Positions 24,519-30,904 of a DNA stretch of 42,603 nt are shown here, piece after piece. The stretch comes from Nanobdellota archaeon. GTDB taxonomy: Archaea; Nanobdellota; Nanobdellia; Woesearchaeales; GW2011-AR9. Below the pieces are notes generated by a model that worked only from the letters and a program-made list of their open reading frames with translations, did not search any database and was not told the origin of the DNA. The stretch lies in assembly GCA_038046425.1 (NCBI GenBank), contig JBBSWG010000056.1:1-42603 (forward strand). Direction: 5' to 3'. Within the stretch, counting starts at the first letter, position 1. Each line of letters starts with the position of its first letter. Made by a program: the position numbers and the translations under genes.

Positions 24519-24647
24519 CGCCCCGGACCAGATTTGAATTCACCGCTCTCAGAGGGCCTCTCTAAGAACCTCTGGTGACCTGATGGTTAACAGCCATCCG
24601 CTTTAGTCGCAATTAAAATTGCTCTAACCGGGCTAAGCCACCGGGGC
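24519..24647 (-). tRNA. tRNA-Asn (anticodon GUU) carrying two non-canonical insertions (about 21 nt and 33 nt)
   Basis: Minus strand reads GCCCCGG-TG-GCTT-AGCCCGGTTA-GAGC-[22 nt incl. N26]-GATGG-CTGTTAA-CCATC-AGGTC-ACCAG-[33 nt]-TTCAAAT-CTGGT-CCGGGGC-G. All four stems pair. The anticodon GTT is the forward aac at 24589-24591. Discriminator G. Downstream is hairpin GGTTAC-GAAA-GTAACC and then T7. TTTATAAA lies 25 nt upstream. Confidence 0.75.
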
Positions 24648-24671
24648 TTATTCTCTTCATTCACCAAATTG

Positions 24672-24679
24672 TTTATAAA
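24672..24679. promoter_or_regulatory. palindromic TATA box TTTATAAA shared by tRNA-Asn (minus) and the phosphoesterase gene (plus)
   Basis: It is exactly 25 nt from the tRNA 5' end (24647) and 25 nt from the ATG at 24704. Confidence 0.55.
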
Positions 24680-24703
24680 GATTTCGAGGGCATAATCAGC
24701 AAA

Positions 24704-25492
24704 ATGGAAATCAGCCCTGGCCTCGAAATCATCCACACCGCCTTATGGCTCACCCAGAAAAAAATCCTGATCATCAACGACCTTCATCTTGGCTATGAAG
24801 AAGCCTGGCAGCGGAAAGGAATCTTAGTGCCGAAATTCCAGCTGTCGGAGATCATCAAAGAGTTGGAGTCTATTTTAGAAAAAATAGCCCCTGAAAATCC
24901 CACCACGGTTATCATCAACGGCGACCTAAAGCATGAATTTGGGACGGTCTTAAAGCAGGAATGGAAAGAAGTGTTAGCTTTCCTGGATTTTGTGGCTGGA
25001 TTTTGCGAGAATATCGTTATTCTCCGGGGCAATCATGATCCGCTTTTAAGATTTATTGCCGAGAAACGAGGAATTCAGGTGGTAACAGAATATACGGTGA
25101 GCGATATTCTTATTATCCATGGTGATGAAATAGTCGACACGACGTCCCGAACCGGGATAAAACGTCTCATTATCGGCCATGAGCATCCGGCCATCACCCT
25201 AAAAAAAGGCAGCAAGCGCGAGAAGTATAAATGTTTCCTGAAGGGAACGTGGAAAATGCCGGAGGGGAAAACTAGAGAAAAAGCCGGAAAACGGGAAGGA
25301 AAGGCAGCGAAAGAGCTGATTGCCGTGCCCAGCTTTAACCCGCTGTTGGAAGGGACGGATGTGTTAAAGGAGAAGCTGTTGAGTCCGTTCCTGGAAAAGA
25401 TTGCAGATTTTGAAGTGTATGTGGTGGGAAAAGAGGACGTATTCTGTTTTGGGAAGGTGGGGGAAGTGGGAAAGATAGTTAGGTTAAAATAA
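24704..25492 (+). CDS. metallophosphoesterase, SbcD/Mre11-related archaeal type
   Basis: Motifs INDLHLG, INGDLKHEF, LRGNHDP, IIHGDE and IGHEHP. Confidence 0.7.
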   Translation: MEISPGLEIIHTALWLTQKKILIINDLHLGYEEAWQRKGILVPKFQLSEIIKELESILEKIAPENPTTVIINGDLKHEFGTVLKQEWKEVLAFLDFVAGFCENIVILRGNHDPLLRFIAEKRGIQVVTEYTVSDILIIHGDEIVDTTSRTGIKRLIIGHEHPAITLKKGSKREKYKCFLKGTWKMPEGKTREKAGKREGKAAKELIAVPSFNPLLEGTDVLKEKLLSPFLEKIADFEVYVVGKEDVFCFGKVGEVGKIVRLK

Positions 25493-25539
25493 AGGTTACG
25501 AAAAATTGGAAAAATAGCTGGATCTCCTGCCCTGACACC

Positions 25540-25566
25540 AGAAAATTTTGCGAAGCAAAATTTTCT
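25540..25566. repeat. palindromic hairpin repeat AGAAAATTTTGC-GAA-GCAAAATTTTCT (copy 3 of 3)
   Basis: 12-bp perfect stem located between two convergent genes. It overlaps the stop codon of 25565..26359. Confidence 0.7.
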
Positions 25567-26359
25567 ATTTAACCTCGTAATGGGTTATCACGGTATATTT
25601 GTGTAAATACTTTTCCAATCGTCGGTTTAAGTTTAGAATGGCTTCACCACAGGAACGGAGAAAGAGCGGGTGATATACTTTTAATTCTACACTAAACCAC
25701 CCATCACCGTCAGGAATGTAGAGTTTCGCTATCAACTTTTTCTCTTTTTTCTTTGCCGTCCATTCCCAACCCAGAAATTTTCTTTTTGTGTTTCGTTGTA
25801 AAATTTGATAGTAATAAATATGGTTCAATAAGTCGTCACTTGGTTTTTCGAGCCAGGAATCCTGGGGAAGAGAAGAATAAAGTGCTTTTCGTATACTTTC
25901 CCAATACGCCTGCACCAGCAACTCCCCAGAGGGCATCGCCCCGTGACTATTGAGATCCTCTATTTGCTGTTCTCTCGAGGGATAACGGAACTGCAGGGCC
26001 CGTTCCATATATTGTTGGGGAATCCCCACCTCCTGAGCAATCTCACATACTTCGGCAGTGGTAAGACCTTCCTCCTGCTGATAAGGAAGAAGCTGCCGGG
26101 AGAACACAGCAATGGTCTCCTGATCTTCTCTCATCCGGTCAAACTGCTGGAGAGCATGAGCATGGGCCACCAGCTCGGGCAGTTCCGCATAAGAAATCAG
26201 GGGTGTAATCGGAGCTATAGCAACTCGCTGCTCTAACGTAGCGGGGGAAGCTAACGGCTTCGAAGAAGCATCGCCTGGTTGTCCAGCATCTTGTTGCTCG
26301 GGATGAACTTTCCGGTCAGGATCTGGTCTTCGGCCACTATCCGGTTCTGGGGGAGACAT
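25565..26359 (-). CDS. hypothetical protein (264 aa) with a disordered P/D/Q-rich N-terminus
   Basis: ORF track. TTTATAAA lies about 20-30 nt upstream. No family recognised. Confidence 0.45.
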   Translation of the reverse strand: MSPPEPDSGRRPDPDRKVHPEQQDAGQPGDASSKPLASPATLEQRVAIAPITPLISYAELPELVAHAHALQQFDRMREDQETIAVFSRQLLPYQQEEGLTTAEVCEIAQEVGIPQQYMERALQFRYPSREQQIEDLNSHGAMPSGELLVQAYWESIRKALYSSLPQDSWLEKPSDDLLNHIYYYQILQRNTKRKFLGWEWTAKKKEKKLIAKLYIPDGDGWFSVELKVYHPLFLRSCGEAILNLNRRLEKYLHKYTVITHYEVK

Positions 26360-26476
26360 ACCCGACCGTTCTTAGCCTAATTTATAAACTTTTCGTTATG
26401 AATATTACTTAAGAGTAAGCATTTAGTTGTTTTGTTTCTGGCCAGCCCCTACTTGACTCTTTACTCCCAAAATTTC

Positions 26477-27304
26477 TTACCCCTGACACTTCTTACACCA
26501 CCACGTCCCCCTTCCTCCGATCTTCACTTTTTCGGTCGGATGTTTCCGCGGACATCTTTCTTTCCCATACACTGCCAGGAACCGCTGAAAGCGTCCCGAA
26601 CCCTCCAGACTGGTGTAATTTTCAATGGTTGTCCCGCCCTGCTTAATCGCCAGACTGAGAGTAGACTGGATGGACTGATGCAGTTTCTTGATTTCTCTCT
26701 CGGTAAGCGTTTCCACGGTGCGCTGCGGAGCTATTCCCGCACGATAAAGCGCTTCCTGGGCATAGATGTTGCCCAAGCCTACCAGCACCCGTTGATCTAA
26801 CAGCGTGCTTTTAATGTTCGCCCGGCGTTTCTTCTGCAGCAGTTCGTGAAACTGAGAATAGGAACAATCTAACGGCTCTGGCCCTAACGAAGAAAGCATG
26901 GTGGGAATCATTCTTGCTGGTACTGCCACCATCCGGCCAAATCGCCTGATTTCATTGAACGTGAGCGTAGTGCCATCCTGAAAATGAAAGGTCGCGGCAA
27001 CGTATTTGTTGGGATCCTTCCGCTCCCGCTGCTCTTTCTGCTTCCACTTCTTTTCTTGATACTGGAAATGCCCGCTCATCCGTAGATGGGTCAGCAGGAC
27101 ATTATGGTGGCCCTGATTGTTATCTAAATATATTAAAATATACTTTCCCCGACGGGAAATCCGTTGGATGGTACTGGGAATGACCTGCCGGATGGTCTTA
27201 TCCACCACTTTCCGGTCTCTTATTTCTACTGCTTTGATGGTCTTCCCCTGGATTGAACGCTGCAGCTGCCGGACAATCGTTTCTACTTCGGGGAGTTCAG
27301 GCAT
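26477..27304 (-). CDS. mutM: formamidopyrimidine-DNA glycosylase / endonuclease VIII (Fpg/Nei family)
   Basis: The MPELPEVETI N-terminus carries the catalytic Pro2/Glu3. An H2TH region is present (NIKSTLLDQRVLVGLGNIYAQEALYRAGI), with a C-terminal zinc-finger-like CPRKH...GRGTWWCKKCQ. A K/E-rich insertion (QEKKWKQKEQRERKD) is present. Confidence 0.85.
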   Translation of the reverse strand: MPELPEVETIVRQLQRSIQGKTIKAVEIRDRKVVDKTIRQVIPSTIQRISRRGKYILIYLDNNQGHHNVLLTHLRMSGHFQYQEKKWKQKEQRERKDPNKYVAATFHFQDGTTLTFNEIRRFGRMVAVPARMIPTMLSSLGPEPLDCSYSQFHELLQKKRRANIKSTLLDQRVLVGLGNIYAQEALYRAGIAPQRTVETLTEREIKKLHQSIQSTLSLAIKQGGTTIENYTSLEGSGRFQRFLAVYGKERCPRKHPTEKVKIGGRGTWWCKKCQG

Positions 27305-27373
27305 GGTTTCACCACTCGACGTAATTATTCAGCGCTAGGAAGCGGGGAGAGCACCCTAATGTCGAAACTATCG

Positions 27374-27455
27374 GTGAAGCGAGGGCGGGTACGTGAGCGA
27401 GCCAGAGGCGAGCTCTGGCAAGTCAGCGGCGAGCTCGCAGCCGCCCTCGCTTCAC
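27374..27455. repeat. GC-rich stem-closed module (82 nt) sharing its stem sequence with the module at 30688-30838
   Basis: GTGAAGCGAGGGCGG (27374-27388) pairs perfectly with CCGCCCTCGCTTCAC (27441-27455). The interior contains GCCAGA/TCTGGC and the GCGAGCTCGC palindrome. Confidence 0.6.
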
Positions 27456-27514
27456 GATCCAAATAATCACCCTCAAACACAACATATATAAACATTTAGG
27501 GAAAGCGTCAAGGA

Positions 27515-27994
27515 ATGGCAGACGAAAAAGTCCTGCTGGTCTTGCGTCGGTCAAGGAAATCCTATAGCATCGAATATGCCTGTGCCGCTTTCCTGATCAT
27601 TTTGCTTTTGATTCTCTTTGCTCGGGGCACAGTGGTCGCAAAAAGTATTGTCTCTGTTGTCATCGGCATCGCCGTCCTCGCCTTAGTTTCAGCGGAAGTG
27701 GCCCGCCTCTTCTCTTCCTACACCATTACCCAGCAGAAAGTCATCATTACCAAAGGCCTTATCAAGAAGCAGACAAAGAATGTCCATTTCATTCCCTTGG
27801 GCTTTGTACCGGAGATCAACCTGAAGCAGGGCCGGATCCAGCGCCTGCTCAACATTGGCACGGTCTTTATCCATGGCTCGGGCGAGAATTCATTTGAGAT
27901 CAAGGATGTCGATAACCCTCAGCGCATCCTGGAACTGATTGAAGAATTGATTGAAAAGAACCGCCGGGGGGGGTTGATGTCCGTTAAGGAGTAG
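27515..27994 (+). CDS. membrane-anchored bacterial-type PH domain protein (bPH_2/DUF304-like)
   Basis: Two N-terminal TM helices are followed by YTITQQKVIITKGLIKKQTKNVHFIPLGFVPEINLKQGRIQRLLNIGTVFI. Confidence 0.6.
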   Translation: MADEKVLLVLRRSRKSYSIEYACAAFLIILLLILFARGTVVAKSIVSVVIGIAVLALVSAEVARLFSSYTITQQKVIITKGLIKKQTKNVHFIPLGFVPEINLKQGRIQRLLNIGTVFIHGSGENSFEIKDVDNPQRILELIEELIEKNRRGGLMSVKE

Positions 27995-28096
27995 CAGCGT
28001 TGCTTTTCACCTCCTTAATTTATATCGTCCCCAACCAAAAAGTTTATTAAGAGCCCCGTCTCATCCCGGGTATAAAGCCTGTACAAAGAGGTCAGC

Positions 28097-28858
28097 ATGC
28101 CCCACGAGCAACAACAGCAACACAGTTTACGGTTCTACATTGTTATGACTACCCTAGTCGTCGCGGGAATAATTTTCCTGCTCTATTGGAACGAGTCAAA
28201 GGATTTTAGCTTAACCTCCGCGATCGTGGGCGTAGCGAAGAACGATACTTTAGAAAAAGAGGAGCAAACGGCAACGGAGACGGAATCGCTTGAGCATACG
28301 TTTGGCAAGAGTGCCCGGCGCAGTACCCGGGAGGTAGATATCAGCGTGTTGTTTGACCAGATTCCGGCCGTTCGCCAGGAGGCAAAAGTGCAGGATTTAG
28401 AAGTGCGGTTTGACAACCTCAATACGAAAATCACGGTCAACAATGACCGGCTGGAACTAAATAACCTGCAGCAGGTGACGCTGCGGATGAAAGGCTTCAA
28501 TGGCCAGCTGGACCTGGATAAAGTGAGCTTTTCCGTGGCCGGCACGGCAAAAAGCATTGAAGTGAATGATATTGCTTTGTCCTCTAAAGGCGAGATTAAG
28601 ATTGCCTTTGATGACCTCCAGTATGATTATTTAGGGTTTGAAGACATCACGCTAGATACCATAGAATTGCCCCATGGCAACGGACAGTTAACGGTCGCCG
28701 ATAAGCTTACCTATGAATTAGAACAGGATGAAGTGAAGATTTATCTGTTCAACGGTAAAACAGTTGTCGATCGAAGTGCGGCCGACATTCTTTCCCTGGA
28801 AGGTATTGCCAAAGGTATCAGTGTCTCGGGAGCGTTGCTGGACCTGAACCTGCAGTGA
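28097..28858 (+). CDS. hypothetical membrane-anchored protein (253 aa)
   Basis: ORF track. It has one N-terminal TM helix (FYIVMTTLVVAGIIFLLYW) and a beta-rich remainder. Confidence 0.45.
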   Translation: MPHEQQQQHSLRFYIVMTTLVVAGIIFLLYWNESKDFSLTSAIVGVAKNDTLEKEEQTATETESLEHTFGKSARRSTREVDISVLFDQIPAVRQEAKVQDLEVRFDNLNTKITVNNDRLELNNLQQVTLRMKGFNGQLDLDKVSFSVAGTAKSIEVNDIALSSKGEIKIAFDDLQYDYLGFEDITLDTIELPHGNGQLTVADKLTYELEQDEVKIYLFNGKTVVDRSAADILSLEGIAKGISVSGALLDLNLQ

Positions 28859-28904
28859 ATTCTCAAAACTTTCTTGATCTCGAAGAATGAGCCGCAGAGC
28901 ACTC

Positions 28905-29081
28905 TTAATACCACCCCTTCTTTTTCCACTCTTCTTTTTTAATCTTCCTCCGCAGCTCGCCATATTTTTCTTCTGGTGAGAATTTCGGCGGGCGGGCGAG
29001 AAACGTTTCCTGCCCACAGCGTGGACAGGCCTTCGTCAGCGTATACGTTCTACAGGAACCGCATTTAAAGATATGTTCCAT
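28905..29081 (-). CDS. nop10: H/ACA RNP protein Nop10
   Basis: MEHIFKCGSCRTYTLTKACPRCGQETFLARPPKFSPEEKYGELRR has the zinc ribbon plus the PPKFSPEDKY motif. I trimmed the start to the Met at 29081; the track ORF extends to 29129. Confidence 0.88.
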   Translation of the reverse strand: MEHIFKCGSCRTYTLTKACPRCGQETFLARPPKFSPEEKYGELRRKIKKEEWKKKGWY

Positions 29082-29125
29082 GATTTTTATAAGTACATCA
29101 TAAATGTATCTTCCATAATCCTTAT

Positions 29126-29902
29126 TCAATCTTTTTCCCGGATGAACGAAGCTTTAGAAATCTTATCGTTGAACTTCTCCAGGATTCCCTCCACCTTAGC
29201 CAGCTTTTTCTCTGCGGGCTTGTAATCAGCATCTTCCAGCGCCAGGCGATAGCGTCCGGCCCCCAGATACGACAAGGCCAAGGCGGGAGAGATATTTTGT
29301 ATTTCTCCCAGCGTCGCCTTAATCTTCTCTATCCCTGTGGGAGCATAGGTCTGCAGGCGGATTTCGCCTTTCACCACAATCTTCTCCGGCCGGAATTTTT
29401 CGATTACCGCAGCGGTAAGCTCCTCTGCGACCGCTTTTTCCAACCCCAATTTTTCCAGATCGGCCTGGCCCTCCACCAGCTCCTGGAAACAGAGATGCAG
29501 AGAGGAATAATTCTTCAGTAAAGAGCCCGCCAGCTTTTTATACAACTCCCCCACCGGCAGTTTCAGTTTCTTGGCCAGGTTAGCAATGAGCTGCTCGGCC
29601 TTGAGCTCCTGCTTGGTTTCGTCTAATTTAGCCTGCCGTTCGGTCGAATTGACACGACGAAGGGAGAGGTCAATGTGCCCCCTTTCCCGATCCAAACGCA
29701 GAATCTTGCAGATAATTTCTTTGCCCACCACCACATATTCCCGCAAATTCCTGATCCGTCCGGGAGCAATTTCAGAGATATGGATCATGCCCTGCCGCCG
29801 ATATTCTACCAGTTCAACAAATACAGAATTGGGAATGATTTCCGTGACTCTACAGAGCACAATTTCGTCCTCTTCCGGGAAGCCAGGGCGCTGATGGAGC
29901 AT
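29126..29902 (-). CDS. eif2a: translation initiation factor aIF2 alpha subunit
   Basis: An S1 domain (DEIVLCRVTEIIPNSVFVELVEY..GMIHISEIAPGRIRNLREYV), a length of 258 aa, and the conserved L44e-S27e-aIF2a-Nop10 gene order. Confidence 0.9.
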   Translation of the reverse strand: MLHQRPGFPEEDEIVLCRVTEIIPNSVFVELVEYRRQGMIHISEIAPGRIRNLREYVVVGKEIICKILRLDRERGHIDLSLRRVNSTERQAKLDETKQELKAEQLIANLAKKLKLPVGELYKKLAGSLLKNYSSLHLCFQELVEGQADLEKLGLEKAVAEELTAAVIEKFRPEKIVVKGEIRLQTYAPTGIEKIKATLGEIQNISPALALSYLGAGRYRLALEDADYKPAEKKLAKVEGILEKFNDKISKASFIREKD

Positions 29903-29944
29903 GGTTTTATTGGTGGAGCCTGATTTTACTCAGGGAGTAAGGTT

Positions 29945-30124
29945 TTATTCCAACACCTCTAACACCCGAGCAGAGATTTTAGCCTTGCCGCCAGTAGGAT
30001 ACGCAAGTTCCTTATTACAGACTAAGCAGCGGACTAACGTGCTGGCATTGCCAAAGATTATCTGCTCATTCTTGCATTTAGAACAGCGGACCTTGATGAA
30101 CTTGCTTTTAGGTTGGGGGATCAT
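29945..30124 (-). CDS. rps27e: 30S ribosomal protein S27e
   Basis: SKFIKVRCSKCKNEQIIFGNASTLVRCLVCNKELAYPTGGKAKI is the C4 zinc ribbon. I trimmed the start to the Met at 30124. Confidence 0.9.
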   Translation of the reverse strand: MIPQPKSKFIKVRCSKCKNEQIIFGNASTLVRCLVCNKELAYPTGGKAKISARVLEVLE

Positions 30125-30155
30125 GGCGCGGGTATAATCTCTTGATAATATATGG

Positions 30156-30464
30156 TTACACAAACTCTACTTTTTTTGTTCGGATGCCATAGGGCTGGGC
30201 CGTGGACTTATTGCAGGTGGTGCAGGTATATCGCCAATCGGTCTTTTTCGTTGCTTTTGCTCCGGTGCGTTTCCATTTAGTGATAGCCGGCTTGGAATAA
30301 CGGCCTAAATTACCAATACCACGGGCTTTTCCCCGCAACCGGGCGCGATACTTTGATCCTCGGCTCAGTGAACTGGGCTGCCGCTTTTTAGTCTGGGCGA
30401 CTTTTTGGTCGGTATGCTTCCGGCAATATTTACAGTAGCGGCGGATAGTTTTAGGGATTTTCAT
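30156..30464 (-). CDS. rpl44e: 50S ribosomal protein L44e
   Basis: MKIPKTIRRYCKYCRKHTDQKV...YTCTTCNKS. I trimmed the start to the Met at 30464, because the track ORF runs a further 147 nt into the structured intergenic element. TTTATAAA lies 27 nt upstream. Confidence 0.9.
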   Translation of the reverse strand: MKIPKTIRRYCKYCRKHTDQKVAQTKKRQPSSLSRGSKYRARLRGKARGIGNLGRYSKPAITKWKRTGAKATKKTDWRYTCTTCNKSTAQPYGIRTKKVEFV

Positions 30465-30490
30465 TACTAGCGTCCCGCTCTGATAATTGT

Positions 30491-30498
30491 TTATAAAT
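30491..30498. promoter_or_regulatory. palindromic TATA box TTTATAAA between rpl44e and the structured modules
   Basis: It lies 27 nt from the rpl44e ATG on the minus strand and about 33 nt from the first base of module 1 (30531) on the plus strand. Confidence 0.5.
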
Positions 30499-30530
30499 GT
30501 TTCTAAAAAATGTAATACTTCACTATCTTG

Positions 30531-30838
30531 AAGCGGAGGGCTGGCTTGGCCAAGATGGCGAGGCGAGAACTGGTGTCTCGTCAGAGGGTGTGGTAGGTGC
30601 TCCACCGCCAAGCTGGAAGCGAATATTCAGCGAATCCTGAAGTAATTGGAGCACTCGCCGAGCGGCCTGTCAGCCCTCCGCTTCCCAGGAAGCGAGGGCG
30701 GCGCCGGCGGGCTCGCCGCCGCTGGCTGTTTTCCCGCAGCAAATCTGTTCGTGAAACGAAGAAGCGGCGGAACAGACGGACGAAGCCTCGTAATTGGTGC
30801 AGCTCGCCCGCCTCATTGGCGGCCGCCCTCGCTTCCTA
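30531..30838. ncRNA. two adjacent GC-rich stem-closed modules (155 nt and 151 nt); candidate structured RNA or MITE-like pair
   Basis: Module 1: GAAGCGGAGGGCTG (30531-30544) pairs with CAGCCCTCCGCTTC (30672-30685), 14 bp. Module 2: AGGAAGCGAGGGCGG... (30688-30706) pairs with ...CCGCCCTCGCTTCCT (30819-30838), 15 bp perfect and extendable. Both interiors contain further nested helices (for example GTGCTCC/GGAGCAC, GGCGGGC/GCCCGCC, CTGTTC/GAACAG). No credible ORF overlaps. Confidence 0.45.
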
Positions 30839-30904
30839 CTTCAGATTGTTGAAGTATTACCCGCCAGCACAAGATTTATAACATCTTTCTCCACCATTCC
30901 CGGA

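Noticed and set aside
27338-27355. The 18-mer GGAAGCG(G/A)GGAGAGCACC is shared (17/18) between 27338-27355 and 36335-36352, suggesting a link between two GC-rich islands.
   Set aside because: By my rough estimate, one or two 17/18 matches are expected by chance in a window of this size, and more in GC-rich patches. It is not used as evidence of a family.
30465-30611. N-terminal extensions proposed by the ORF track for rpl44e (to 30611), radA (from 36976), rps27e (to 30163), nop10 (to 29129), the CDGSH protein (to 34879), the transglutaminase-like gene (from 30794) and ABCE1 (from 1041).
   Set aside because: In each case the conserved protein begins at an internal Met with a TATA box or SD-like motif at the right distance. 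The extension also overlaps a tRNA, a structured element or an upstream gene.
30531-30838. Possible identities for the rpl44e-upstream modules: RNase P RNA (AGGGTGTGGTAGGTGCTCCACC resembles E. coli AGGGUGCGGUAAGAGCGCACC), SRP RNA, or a hammerhead (CTGACGAG on the minus strand).
   Set aside because: Two independently closed hairpin domains are incompatible with the RNase P or SRP global fold. There is no GGAA/AGCA helix-8 motif, and no GAAA or helix II/III follows the CUGANGA-like heptamer. The local similarities are short enough to be chance.
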